Assembly (NCBI GenBank): GCA_963977445.1
Contig: CAXBPH010000189.1
Span: 1-14,019, forward strand
Origin: an uncultured bacterium
Lineage (GTDB): Bacteria; Hydrogenedentota; Hydrogenedentia; Hydrogenedentales; JAEUWI01
DNA: 14,019 nucleotides
Direction: 5' to 3'
Within the stretch, counting starts at the first letter, position 1; the number at the start of each line of letters is the position of its first letter. A program made the position numbers and the translations under genes. Positions 1-9,004 of the stretch are shown piece by piece. The notes beneath the pieces were generated by a model. The model did not search any database. It saw nothing but the letters and a program-made list of their open reading frames with translations, and had not been told where the DNA came from.

Positions 1-1
1 A

Positions 2-346
2 TTCCTGGAGCCCGGTGACTATGTCCTGACCTACATCGAAACCGCCACCGACAACGCTACGAAGGCCGTTGTCGCCCACGCAAAAGCCTACACGCGGGTG
101 GTCCCCGTACCCCCAGTCCCGACGCAAACTACCGTCAATACCAACGTGGCGTTTTCGGCACCTTCCGGCTACGCAATGCACGCGTGGAGCATCGACGGAC
201 AACCGGCTTCCGAAGAAGCAGAATTTACGCACAAGTTCCTTGCTCCGGGCACCCACCTCATCGAGTGTCTTGCTTCTGCACCCGACCAGGGGCCAGCAAA
301 GGGATTTTCGCACATTCGATACAAGGTCACCGTTGGCGGAGCATAA
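2..346 (+). CDS. 3' end of a protein with PKD/Ig-like beta-sandwich repeats (5'-truncated by the window edge)
   Basis: The frame is open from position 2 (FLEPGDYVLTYIETATD...) through ORF 98..346 to TAA. It has two 'F-x-x-P-G-x-Y/H' motifs (FLEPGDY, FLAPGTH) plus 'WSIDG', typical of PKD-like domains. Confidence 0.65.
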   Translation, partial: FLEPGDYVLTYIETATDNATKAVVAHAKAYTRVVPVPPVPTQTTVNTNVAFSAPSGYAMHAWSIDGQPASEEAEFTHKFLAPGTHLIECLASAPDQGPAKGFSHIRYKVTVGGA

Positions 347-425
347 ACACGAAAAAAAATCGTGAAGTGTCGCGCCAGAAATCGGCAGCAAACCTGCAGT
401 CTGGGGAGAAGAAAGGAAGTTTTCC

Positions 426-920
426 ATGAGGTATGAAAAAGCAAAGCTCACGACAAGCGACGTGGGCAAAAATAACGAATGCTCACTGGAAGCTACCGTT
501 GCTCCCGACGGGGACTCCGGTGTGCTTTCTGCAGCGATTCCAATTGCATCGATGGCGGCAGATACGACAGTAAAGCTGGCCAGCGATGCCGTATCGTTCG
601 CGACGGAAAAAATTGAAGACACCGCAGCCTTAGCCGTTGCCGGCCTCGAAGACGGGGCCAGCTATATCGGCCAGAAAACGGAAGAAGTGCTTACTGCGGC
701 CGAGGGCGGCCTTCGCTCTCTCGGCCTCTTGCCCGAGGAGGGTGAGGCGGCAGAAGGCACCGTTAGCCCGGCAATGGTTGCAGTAATTGAGGCCTCCAAA
801 GGGGAAGCCACTAAGGATGATGGGGCGGATGTGACCAAATTGATCGGCCGCAATGCCGTACCAGCAATGTTGGTGGGGCTGGCGTCTGGCGTCCTGTTTG
901 CACGACCGGAAACGCCGTGA
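426..920 (+). CDS. hypothetical Ala/Glu-rich protein with a C-terminal hydrophobic segment
   Basis: 164-aa ORF with AAGGAAG upstream. Its stop overlaps the next start (GTGA at 917-920), suggesting translational coupling. The C-terminus AVPAMLVGLASGVLFAR is a possible membrane anchor. Confidence 0.6.
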   Translation: MRYEKAKLTTSDVGKNNECSLEATVAPDGDSGVLSAAIPIASMAADTTVKLASDAVSFATEKIEDTAALAVAGLEDGASYIGQKTEEVLTAAEGGLRSLGLLPEEGEAAEGTVSPAMVAVIEASKGEATKDDGADVTKLIGRNAVPAMLVGLASGVLFARPETP

Positions 921-2239
921 GGTCGCACTTGCACCGTTATACCATTCGCTTGGGCCTTGTGGTCGCCGCCCTGGCTACCGTCCAACTCCTGACGGGATGC
1001 CAGACAAATATATTCATGCCGGCCCCAAATATCTATGCGAATTCCCCCACGAATCCCTTCGACCGGGTGCCCCCCGAGTTGAGACGCAACGAAGTCACCA
1101 TCCTTTATGCCACCGACCGACTTCCGGTTATTGATGAAGAAACGAAGGCGCTGGGATATGGCTATTTCCGATCGGGTTCGTTGGGTGGCGGTGTGAGCAA
1201 TGTCGTCTTTGGCGAAGGGCTGGCGTGGCCGGAACTTGTGCAGGAAAGTCTTGCGAGTCGCCCGGGTCACCTGCTGAAGGCGGAAGTGACGGGGCACGAG
1301 GAATTGTTTCGCTTTCCCGATACCAGCCTGTACGCGAAAGCCAATACGGAGGGAAGCACGGATGAAGACGACCTGGAACGCTCGGAGTCCGAGGCAACCC
1401 AACAACTCCACCAGCTCATTAAAGAACGCCTCCAGGAAGGCGAGGGTCACGATGCCTACGTATTTATTCACGGGTACAATTCCGCCTTTGATGACGCGGT
1501 CATCACCATGGCCCAGCTTTGGCACTACCTCGGGCGAACGGGCATACCAATCGTGTACTCATGGCCGGCGGGGCGCAAGGGTTTTCTCGGGTACAACAAC
1601 GATATTGAGTCGGGTGAATTTACCATCTGGCACTTGAAGCGCTTCCTCGCCGCGTTGGCATCGAGCCCGGACATTGAGCGTATTCACCTGATAGCCCATA
1701 GCCGTGGGAGCAATGTAACCCTCGAAGCCCTGCGGGAATTGCATCTATTTAATGAAGGCGCGGGTATCGAGACCCAGCAGGCGCTTAAGTTGGGCAATCT
1801 CATTCTGGCTGCACCCGATCTCGACCTGGAAGTCGCAACCCAGCGAATTTTACCCGAGGGTTTGTTGGCCGTGCCACGGCGAATGACGATATACATCTCC
1901 GAGAAGGATCGGGCTATGGGATTCACCACCTGGCTATTTGGGGGCCTCGCGCGCCTCGGAAAGCTTACCCGGGGTGAACTGCCTCATACCGTAAAGCGCA
2001 ACATAGATACGGTACCGTCCTTCGACCTGATTGACGCACGTATCAAACGGACGGATTGGTCGGGGCACAGTTATTTCTACCAGAGTCCTGCGGTCAGCTC
2101 CGACGTCATCCTCATTCTCCGTGACGACCTCGACCCTGGTAAGGAACACGGCCGTCCCCTCCGAAAGGGACCACCACACTACTGGATCGTTGACGAGAAC
2201 TATCCCGTTTTTGCAAATTCAAAAGCCCCTGCCGATTGA
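917..2239 (+). CDS. alpha/beta-hydrolase (DUF900-like esterase/lipase superfamily), predicted lipoprotein
   Basis: Signal peptide with lipobox LLTG-C. Family motifs ILYATDR, VFIHGYN, YSWP, nucleophile elbow IAHSRG, LILAAPD, and candidate catalytic Asp (EKDRA) and His (GHSY). Confidence 0.88.
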   Translation: MRSHLHRYTIRLGLVVAALATVQLLTGCQTNIFMPAPNIYANSPTNPFDRVPPELRRNEVTILYATDRLPVIDEETKALGYGYFRSGSLGGGVSNVVFGEGLAWPELVQESLASRPGHLLKAEVTGHEELFRFPDTSLYAKANTEGSTDEDDLERSESEATQQLHQLIKERLQEGEGHDAYVFIHGYNSAFDDAVITMAQLWHYLGRTGIPIVYSWPAGRKGFLGYNNDIESGEFTIWHLKRFLAALASSPDIERIHLIAHSRGSNVTLEALRELHLFNEGAGIETQQALKLGNLILAAPDLDLEVATQRILPEGLLAVPRRMTIYISEKDRAMGFTTWLFGGLARLGKLTRGELPHTVKRNIDTVPSFDLIDARIKRTDWSGHSYFYQSPAVSSDVILILRDDLDPGKEHGRPLRKGPPHYWIVDENYPVFANSKAPAD

Positions 2240-2425
2240 AGTCCTTGGACCAGAGTGAGTCTTGGCCCACGCAATCAATCGTACCAACAATCCCACCTGT
2301 GGCCATCACACCTCCACAGCCTGGCTCCACACTCCCGTCAACACGTAGCCACAAGCGCTGAGATTCACCTTCAGGTGACAGCGCGATGCAGGCGAAGTTT
2401 AACCAACCCATTCAGGATATCTACG

Positions 2426-2878
2426 ATGATTAAAACTATACGCGACATAATCGGCGAGAACCGGGAACCCTTTTCTGTAGACCTCAATCTTTCCCTCCAA
2501 AAGGCCATTGAGTATATGCGTGAAATGGATATACGTGCCGTTGCCGTCTGCGACAAGAAGGATGTCGTGGGCGTTTTCTCGGAGCGGGATGTATTGCGCA
2601 ACGTGGTTCTTGAGGAACTCGATCTGACCGATATTCCGGTGCGAGACATCATGAGTAGCCCTGCCTATTGGATTTCCATGGATGAGCGCTGCGACGTAGC
2701 CAAGGCGATTATGGTCAAGAAGCGCTGCGGCCACCTGGTGGTATTGGACGAAGCCCGTACGTTTCGTGGTTTTGTTTCATCGCAAGAACTTCTGGAATCG
2801 GATCTTGTGGAATCTCGCAATCTCGTAGGCAAACTGAACGATGAGTATTTTGCCCACAACTTGGATACGACTTCTTGA
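2426..2878 (+). CDS. CBS-domain pair protein (~150 aa)
   Basis: ATG at 2426 (MIKTIRDII...) preceded by AGGA. Two CBS motifs: 'VVGVFSERDVL...VRDIMSSP' and 'HLVVLDE...GFVSSQELL'. The longer ORF-track start at 2255 adds non-protein-like sequence. Confidence 0.85.
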   Translation: MIKTIRDIIGENREPFSVDLNLSLQKAIEYMREMDIRAVAVCDKKDVVGVFSERDVLRNVVLEELDLTDIPVRDIMSSPAYWISMDERCDVAKAIMVKKRCGHLVVLDEARTFRGFVSSQELLESDLVESRNLVGKLNDEYFAHNLDTTS

Positions 2879-3126
2879 GGCACAGAAAAAGCCCGGGACC
2901 CGTTGCAATCGACGACCATGACGCCCCAGGTACGAGAACCTGCGCGGTAGAAACGCGGCACCTGCTGAAAACTGCGCTGTGATGCTTTAGTTTCGTTTCG
3001 ATCTATTTGCCCATAATTTACCTTGTCTGTCCCTCAAATAGACCTGAGTTTGAGATACTTTTCTGGAAGCGGGAGTGAAAAAAATCTCTCCAGTTTTTCA
3101 GTCTTTCTTTCACTCAGGAGTGTATT

Positions 3127-4017
3127 ATGTTAAAGAGAATTTCAGCCGCATTAGTCGTAGTCGCCGCAGTCGGTTTCAGCGCCCCATCCAGCGCAATAAC
3201 CACCAACGGCGACTGGTCAGACTGGTTTAACTACGATGGCGACGCCAGTGTCGGTAAGACTTGGGACGAGACGAAAGTTGATTTGGTAGATTCGAATATT
3301 CGATTTCTTAACGATGAAGAAGGTCCGACCCCGGGCTTCGGCGGCCAGACCTACGACATCGAACAGATCTTCTACTTCTATGAAGATAATGGTGCTGGAT
3401 TTACCGGTGGCCGTCTTCACATCGGGCTTGTAACCGGTTTCCCTGCAGCGGGCGTGCCTTCCGACAATCTCTACTCCGGCGACATGTTTGTTGACTTTGG
3501 TGGCGAGGGTAACTTTGACGTTGCCATAGCTACCAGCACAGCAACATCGATTGGTCACTTGGGTAAAGGCGACCTCGGCACCCTCACCCCGGATGCCGAT
3601 TTCTTCGGTCAGGCTTGGGCCTATGACGGCAGCAAGTCTTTGGAGCAGGACGTAATCCTCAACCAGTACGTCGCTTCCAGCCCCTATCGCCTGTCCCGTA
3701 AGGACCTTGGCAGCACCACGGACATCACGAATAGCGCGAATGTCGAAGTTGCCTGGGGCGGCATGGGTTACCACAACTTCCTCGAAATTGCCTTGGACGT
3801 CGATGGCAGTATCGAAGAATTGCTTACGGGTGCTGGTGGTCTTGGTCTCCACTGGACGATGGAATGCGGTAACGACGTGATTAACGTTTCCGACAGCACG
3901 CCTTTCGTACCTGGGTCCCCCAATCGGAATGCGCCTCCTGTTCCCGAACCATCCACCCTCGCACTCCTCGGAATGGGCCTCATCGGCGGGGCACTCCGCA
4001 AGAAGTTTACAGCCTGA
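3127..4017 (+). CDS. PEP-CTERM sorting-domain surface protein (exosortase substrate)
   Basis: AGGAG RBS and an N-terminal signal peptide (MLKRISAALVVVAAVGFSAPSSA). The C-terminus is VPEPSTLALLGMGLIGGALRKKFTA (PEP motif, TM helix, basic tail), and there is a 'LHWTMECGND' motif seen in PEP-CTERM proteins. Confidence 0.93.
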   Translation: MLKRISAALVVVAAVGFSAPSSAITTNGDWSDWFNYDGDASVGKTWDETKVDLVDSNIRFLNDEEGPTPGFGGQTYDIEQIFYFYEDNGAGFTGGRLHIGLVTGFPAAGVPSDNLYSGDMFVDFGGEGNFDVAIATSTATSIGHLGKGDLGTLTPDADFFGQAWAYDGSKSLEQDVILNQYVASSPYRLSRKDLGSTTDITNSANVEVAWGGMGYHNFLEIALDVDGSIEELLTGAGGLGLHWTMECGNDVINVSDSTPFVPGSPNRNAPPVPEPSTLALLGMGLIGGALRKKFTA

Positions 4018-4060
4018 CCCGCGTAACGAATGAACCACAATTGAATTTTCAGATTTAAAT

Positions 4061-4101
4061 AGTGAGGCAGCCCGGCCCAGACCAGGCTGCCTTCACTTTT
4101 T
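4061..4101 (+). terminator. rho-independent terminator after the PEP-CTERM gene
   Basis: Stem AGGCAGCC (4065-4072) / GGCTGCCT (4085-4092), extendable with AGTG/CACT, followed by TTTTT. Confidence 0.75.
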
Positions 4102-4224
4102 ATAGAAGCCCGAAAAAATAATTCAGGCCCTGTCTGCCGATGGCGTGCCAAAAGAAGAAACAGGTATGATGTGTTTTCTGGTATGTGTCAATGTGTCCGG
4201 CACATGATTTACAGGGAGTAACGT

Positions 4225-6600
4225 ATGATTGATAGCAGTTTGTGGCCCCATAGGGCATGCAGTCGAAAGATAGCGCGAGGTATTCTGGCCCTTTCAAGCG
4301 TCGCGTGGGCCCTGGTGGCGACCTCCGAATCTTTTACCCGTAGAGAACCATCGGTACCGCCGATCCCCGCAAAGAATCTCATACCCAACAGCAGCTTCGA
4401 ACTGGGCGCGGACCACTGGTCATCGCTGGGAAAACATACGGTAAGTGGCGGTGACTTATGCGGCCTCTATGGTGTCATTCAAGCCGGTGGTGCCCAGGAG
4501 GGCGATCATTGCCTCCGCATCGAACTCGGGCCCGGAAAAACGCCCGTGACCCATTCTGATTATACCCTGGGCGCTTCGGCGACGGTTGTCCAGTCGGCCC
4601 CCAGAGCGGCCACCCTCGGCTGGATGACCGTGGAGCCGGGAAGGTCCTACACCCTTTCGGCATGGCTCCGTGCCGACCGGGACGATGTGCCTGCCGATTT
4701 GGTCTTTCGATTTGGTGGCGATGTAAACTCGGGCACCGGACCCAATACGCATATAAAGGTTCTATCGCTTACACCAACCTGGACCCGCTATGCATTCACC
4801 ATGGTTGCGGAACATCCCGATGTATACGTGGCGGTTGGCCCCAATCTACTCGCCACCACCGAGGATTCCGCCACGGTATGGCTGGACGCGGTACAGCTGG
4901 AGGCCACACCGGAATCAACGGCGGGTGACGTGCATGTCGAAGCCACGCCCTATGCGTCACGAGAGCTCGTGGAAATTGGCATCAATACGAAGCACTACGG
5001 CAACCTCTTTGACCACAAAGACCTCACGGGGTTTGAGGTAGTTGGCCTCAACGGAACGACGACGTCCACAAGCGTGGAATTGCGTGTCGAACTCGAAGAC
5101 TACTTCGGTGAGCGCGGCCCCATGTCTTCCCATCGTCTGGAGATTCCCGCCCAGTCACGAAGCTCAACCTTTCTTCCCCTGGCGATACCCGGCACGGGCT
5201 ATTACCGAGCCCACCTTTCGTGGAATGCCGCAGGCGTCTTGCACACCCGGACGATAAAATTCTCGGTGGTGGACACCTATCGCTGGGACGATTCTGCCTT
5301 CGGCCTCAATCATGTTCCGACGACCGCTGAAGCCTGCGCCCAATTGCGTAAGGGAGGGGTTGCCTGGGCGCGGGACTGGTCCATGAAATGGGACGCGGTG
5401 GAGGCCACCGAAGGCAGCTATGACTTTTCCGAAATTGACCGACAGGTGAATCGAATCAAAGCCACCGGCATGCATCCGCTACCGCTGCTTCCCCCCCAGC
5501 CTTCCGCCGCGTGGGCCTCTGAAGCCCCGCTGGGCGATCTTCCCGTCGTGGAGCGAACGGCCTATGCCCCAACGGCAGATAAGCGCGCGCAGCTCAATCA
5601 ATTCATCGCCGCCACGGTAACGCGCTATAAGGACCGCGTGGAGTACTGGGAATTCCTTAACGAGCCGCTGTGGGTACCCTGGTATTGCCTCCCCACCAGC
5701 GCGGGCTACGATGTCGATACCTATATCGACCTGTTGAAGGGTGCCTTCGCCGCAATGAAAGGTGCGGACCCGGATTGTCTGGTGCTCGGTGGCCTCTCCA
5801 TCATGGCGCGGAGCACCCTGGGAGACGAATTTATCGAGAAGGGTGGTCTGGACTATGTAGATATCTACAATCTACATCCCTACCCCGAAGGAGACGGTCC
5901 AGAAGCCTTTGTGCCCTGGATGGCCCGCATCCAGGCCACCATGGACGCCCACGGTGGTCGCAAGCCCATCTGGGCCACGGAGCTGAGCTATTGGGGCACC
6001 GACGACAAACCCTGGTCACCCTGGGCACCGCCCAATTCGGGTCACTGGTCGGCCAACCGTCAGCAAGCCTCCGAACGGGAAGCCGCCGATTACAACATAC
6101 GGCAGTCGGTGATATTGCTGGCCCATGGCGTCGAAAAAATATTCTGGCATTCCGGCCTCGAAGGCGAGGTCAATGTGGGCGTGAATGACCTGGAAAACCC
6201 ACTCCTCGACCCGGAGGCTATACCGCAAAAGTTTTTTGTGGCCCAGGCGGCCCTGGCTAATTTTCTCGGACCCAAGCCGGCATTCGTCGCTCCCCTCAAG
6301 AAAGCGGAGAAAATAGACGACCACGACACGTCCAAAATTCACGGCTACGCCTTTGATGGACCGGAAGGAGCCGTACTCATTGTCTGGTCACCCGGGGTGC
6401 TCAACAAGGGGCAATTCGGCAAGGATGGCGTGGTGCACTTGGGCGAATCACCGGTGTACCTGGTTTCATCCACACTGGACGCTGAATCACTGGCCCAGGC
6501 AGGCGCCTTGGGATACAGCAACGCGTACAACGGCTGGACAATCACGATTCCAGAGAACACGTCAGCGTACACCGTCGTGGGCTCCCCCATTCGGGAATAG
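4225..6600 (+). CDS. secreted clan GH-A glycoside hydrolase (GH39/GH5-like TIM barrel) with an N-terminal carbohydrate-binding (CBM4/9-like) domain
   Basis: Signal-like N-terminus. 'NLIPNSSFE', 'PGRSYTLSAWLR' and 'VWLDAVQLE' are CBM-type motifs. Acid/base motif WEFLNEP, 'DIYNLHPY' and nucleophile motif KPIWATE. The exact GH family is not determinable by eye. Confidence 0.82.
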   Translation: MIDSSLWPHRACSRKIARGILALSSVAWALVATSESFTRREPSVPPIPAKNLIPNSSFELGADHWSSLGKHTVSGGDLCGLYGVIQAGGAQEGDHCLRIELGPGKTPVTHSDYTLGASATVVQSAPRAATLGWMTVEPGRSYTLSAWLRADRDDVPADLVFRFGGDVNSGTGPNTHIKVLSLTPTWTRYAFTMVAEHPDVYVAVGPNLLATTEDSATVWLDAVQLEATPESTAGDVHVEATPYASRELVEIGINTKHYGNLFDHKDLTGFEVVGLNGTTTSTSVELRVELEDYFGERGPMSSHRLEIPAQSRSSTFLPLAIPGTGYYRAHLSWNAAGVLHTRTIKFSVVDTYRWDDSAFGLNHVPTTAEACAQLRKGGVAWARDWSMKWDAVEATEGSYDFSEIDRQVNRIKATGMHPLPLLPPQPSAAWASEAPLGDLPVVERTAYAPTADKRAQLNQFIAATVTRYKDRVEYWEFLNEPLWVPWYCLPTSAGYDVDTYIDLLKGAFAAMKGADPDCLVLGGLSIMARSTLGDEFIEKGGLDYVDIYNLHPYPEGDGPEAFVPWMARIQATMDAHGGRKPIWATELSYWGTDDKPWSPWAPPNSGHWSANRQQASEREAADYNIRQSVILLAHGVEKIFWHSGLEGEVNVGVNDLENPLLDPEAIPQKFFVAQAALANFLGPKPAFVAPLKKAEKIDDHDTSKIHGYAFDGPEGAVLIVWSPGVLNKGQFGKDGVVHLGESPVYLVSSTLDAESLAQAGALGYSNAYNGWTITIPENTSAYTVVGSPIRE

Positions 6601-6792
6601 AAGGCTGCAGCACGATTTCCCAGAAGTACGCTGAGGAGTCCGCGGGGCCCTATCCTGTCCAACCGGCACCGTCCCAATGCCTTGTCCCGCGAAACACGTA
6701 AACCTATAACACAGGCATACTTGTAGATAGGGCATGAATCGAGTGCTACGGCCCACCGACTGGTCCCCATGGATTATCGGTATGCTTAGACG

Positions 6793-6827
6793 AAAAAAGG
6801 GTTATCGCGAATTTTCGCGATAACCCT
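6793..6827 (-). terminator. intrinsic terminator downstream of the tRNA-Lys 3' end
   Basis: Perfect 13-bp inverted repeat AGGGTTATCGCGA (6798-6810) / TCGCGATAACCCT (6815-6827) with a 4-nt loop. The A-run at 6793-6798 gives a U-tail on the - strand, and the stem starts 10 nt after the CCA. Confidence 0.85.
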
Positions 6828-6837
6828 GTATTTATAA

Positions 6838-6886
6838 TGGTGAACGGGCTGGGGCTCGAACCCAGGACCACCGGATTAAAAGTCCG
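6838..6886 (-). tRNA. 3' half of tRNA-Lys(UUU): att-site fragment, not a complete gene
   Basis: The - strand reads CGGA-CTTTTAA-TCCG GTGGTC CTGGG-TTCGAGC-CCCAG CCCGTTC A CCA, i.e. anticodon arm (TTT at 6880-6878), T-arm, acceptor 3' strand and CCA. No D-arm or complementary acceptor 5' strand is present beyond 6887. Confidence 0.88.
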
Positions 6887-6976
6887 TGGGAAGACTGGTA
6901 TCCTATTGTCACCCGAACGCCATAACCGCTGTAAATAAAGGCCCAAAACAATCACAATGTCTCCCCTTGTTGCCTG

Positions 6977-6985
6977 TGATATACT
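6977..6985 (+). promoter_or_regulatory. extended -10 promoter candidate for the integrase
   Basis: TG-A-TATACT at 6977-6985, about 40 nt upstream of the int ATG. GGGGAG RBS at 7013-7018. Confidence 0.5.
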
Positions 6986-6990
6986 TACGT

Positions 6991-7010
6991 TGGACTTAAT
7001 ATGGACTTAA
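6991..7010 (+). repeat. tandem TGGACTTAA direct repeat, putative integrase arm-type binding sites
   Basis: TGGACTTAA at 6991-6999 and 7002-7010 (11-bp period), between the att core and the int start. Confidence 0.6.
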
Positions 7011-7026
7011 ATGGGGAGATTCGACC

Positions 7027-8277
7027 ATGAAAAAAGCGATTACAGACCGGGTATTGAAATCATTAAAGCCGTTAGCGACCGCCTATGAGGTGAGAGACCA
7101 AGACCTGGGCGGCTATTTGGCACGCGTCCAGCCATCCGGGCTCATTGTTTTCTATTGTGAATATCGAAACGAGGCGGGGAAGCGCAATCGCATCAAGCTG
7201 GGCAGGTATCCGGCACTATCGGCCCCACGGGCGCGCGAAGCGGCGCGGGCGCTACTTGCGGGCGTATCCTTGGGCGCGGACCCAGCGGCAGAACGGCGAC
7301 AAGCCCGTGACACCGTTGCAAGCCTCACCCTTCGAGAATACATAGACGGCCCCTATAGGGCGTGGGCCGAGTCCAATCTAAAAAGCCACAAGCAAACACT
7401 ATCCCGCCTATTCTACGGCTTCGAGACGCTACTAGATCGGAATCTCGACAGCCTGACAGCGTTCGACTTCGAGAAAAACCGGCAGGCCCGTTTGAAGTCC
7501 AAGCCCAAGAGCAAGGGCAAGCGGTCATCACCCACGGGCGCTACCATTAACCGGGACGCGGCGCACCTGCGCGCGGCGTTCACCCGTGCCATGAAGTGGG
7601 GGTATATGGCGGTGAATCCCCTCACAGGTATTACCAAGTCCGTGGAAGATCGCAACGCGAAAATACGCGCCCTTACCGATGATGAAGAGGTGAGCATTCT
7701 GGCCGAATTTCAGGCCCGGCGGGATGCCAAAATCGCGCTACTACGGCGGCAGGAGCTGAAGAGAAAGCGGCAACTGCCGAAGGTGCCCCGATATGTGACG
7801 TTTTTGGAACCTGCATTTATCGTGTCGGTTGACTGCGGCGTACGGCGCGGTGAATTACTCGGCTTGCTATGGAAAGACGTGGACTTTGACGGGCGCGCAA
7901 TCACCGTGCAGGGCGCGGGCTCGAAGTCTTCACAGTCACGCATGATCCCCCTGTCTACCCGAGCGCATATGACCCTCGCCAAATGGAAGACGCTGACACG
8001 CGGGCAAGGGCGCGTATTCCCCAAGGCCACGGCAGACGGCCTTAAGGCGCAATGGAAGACCCTGCTTAGGGACACCAAAATAAAGGCCTTGCGCTGGCAT
8101 GATTTGCGTCATACCTTCGGCTCACGGCTTGCACAGGCGGGCGTACCTGTCACGACGATACAGCGGCTCATGGGCCATTCATCGATTGTGACCACGCAGA
8201 GATACTTACACGTGTCCGCCGAAGATGCCCGGCGCGGGATAGAAATGCTGGAAAAAGCAGCAGGGGATAGAGCATGA
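7027..8277 (+). CDS. int: tyrosine recombinase / phage integrase with an N-terminal arm-DNA-binding domain
   Basis: N-terminal 'YEVRDQDLGGYLARVQPSG...RIKLGRYPALS...AREAAR' arm-binding domain. Catalytic motifs GVRRGELLGL (R), GSKS (K), WHDLRHTF (HxxR) and LMGHSSIVTTQRY (H, Y). Confidence 0.96.
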   Translation: MKKAITDRVLKSLKPLATAYEVRDQDLGGYLARVQPSGLIVFYCEYRNEAGKRNRIKLGRYPALSAPRAREAARALLAGVSLGADPAAERRQARDTVASLTLREYIDGPYRAWAESNLKSHKQTLSRLFYGFETLLDRNLDSLTAFDFEKNRQARLKSKPKSKGKRSSPTGATINRDAAHLRAAFTRAMKWGYMAVNPLTGITKSVEDRNAKIRALTDDEEVSILAEFQARRDAKIALLRRQELKRKRQLPKVPRYVTFLEPAFIVSVDCGVRRGELLGLLWKDVDFDGRAITVQGAGSKSSQSRMIPLSTRAHMTLAKWKTLTRGQGRVFPKATADGLKAQWKTLLRDTKIKALRWHDLRHTFGSRLAQAGVPVTTIQRLMGHSSIVTTQRYLHVSAEDARRGIEMLEKAAGDRA

Positions 8278-8305
8278 AGCGCAAAGCAAAATAGAATCAA
8301 GTCTT

Positions 8306-8358
8306 GCCGGGGCTAGGGTAGCTCCCGAAAGCCTGTTTCCGTACAGGTTGCCCCCGGC
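8306..8358 (+). ncRNA. structured three-stem RNA/DNA element after int (resembles the int-alpA-type motif)
   Basis: GCCGGGG (8306-8312) / CCCCGGC (8352-8358) closes two hairpins, GGG-TAGCT-CCC (8316-8326) and CCTGT-TTCCGT-ACAGG (8332-8347), joined by GAAAG. The family name is from memory and unverified. Confidence 0.55.
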
Positions 8359-8375
8359 TTCATTTAACGGAGTTT

Positions 8376-8900
8376 ATGAACGGAGATAAACAGATGGATA
8401 ACTGGTCACATCAACAGCGGCGATGGTTTAAAGATTTTATCAAACACGACTGTATGAACTTCGCGATTCGCGACATGGTCAACGGAACAGACAGTCTAAA
8501 TCTTCCCGAGGGTTGGGAAGAACGCGAATTGTTGACGCACGCTCTAAACCTCAATTGGGCGTTGACAGACGCAGGATATGAGTACACGAAAGAGCACAAT
8601 GTCAGGGCGACGGGTGCCACAGTTGTGGCTCTGGGGATTGCAGAGAAAGTCCCCGCTTGCGACATACAGAAAAAGATACTTCGATTTATGAATAACGAGG
8701 GATTTGACACCGACGTTAATACGATAGCCAAGGGCGATATCTGTAACAAACTTTCGATTGACGATGAGGTGGGCAAGAATGCGATCAGGGCACTCCGCGA
8801 CTTAGATCTAGTCAAACCACACGGCAACCACCCCCGACTAAAGTACTATCTTTCAGTAGAGGGCCGCAGAGTGGCCTCCTACATTAAATTGGAATCCTAA
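8376..8900 (+). CDS. hypothetical protein with a probable C-terminal winged-helix DNA-binding domain
   Basis: 174-aa ORF with GGAG RBS (alternative ATG at 8394, also with GGAG). The C-terminus 'IQKKILRFM...KGDICNKLSIDDEVGKNAIRALRDLDLVK...YYLSVEGRRVA' fits a wHTH pattern. Confidence 0.65.
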   Translation: MNGDKQMDNWSHQQRRWFKDFIKHDCMNFAIRDMVNGTDSLNLPEGWEERELLTHALNLNWALTDAGYEYTKEHNVRATGATVVALGIAEKVPACDIQKKILRFMNNEGFDTDVNTIAKGDICNKLSIDDEVGKNAIRALRDLDLVKPHGNHPRLKYYLSVEGRRVASYIKLES

Positions 8901-9004
8901 TCGAATTCCAATTACCCCCCATTAGCCCCTGATAAACGGCCCTAAAACCCGTAAACTTCCAATAGTGATGGCTGGAATTAGCCAGCTATAACGGGAGTTT
9001 TTTT

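Noticed and set aside
2255..2425. N-terminal extension of the CBS protein as given in the ORF track
   Set aside because: Non-domain-like His/Ser/Gln-rich sequence; a better ATG with RBS lies at 2426.
662..4038. Long - strand ORFs (662-1525, 3217-4038; likewise 9003-9728, 9289-9981, 11470-11970)
   Set aside because: Antisense shadows of well-supported + strand genes, with no recognisable motifs.
4198..4213. Sigma54-like promoter CGGCAC-N5-TTACA upstream of the glycoside hydrolase
   Set aside because: It lacks the conserved GC at -12 and lies too close to the start codon to leave room for the RBS.
6453..6461. Extra GGTGTACCT iteron copy
   Set aside because: A single copy inside a chromosomal coding region (encoding PVYL), outside the element; likely chance.
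6838..6915. Complete tRNA-Lys gene
   Set aside because: The sequence beyond 6887 has no D-arm and no strand complementary to the acceptor 3' side (CCCGTTC); only the 3' half is present.
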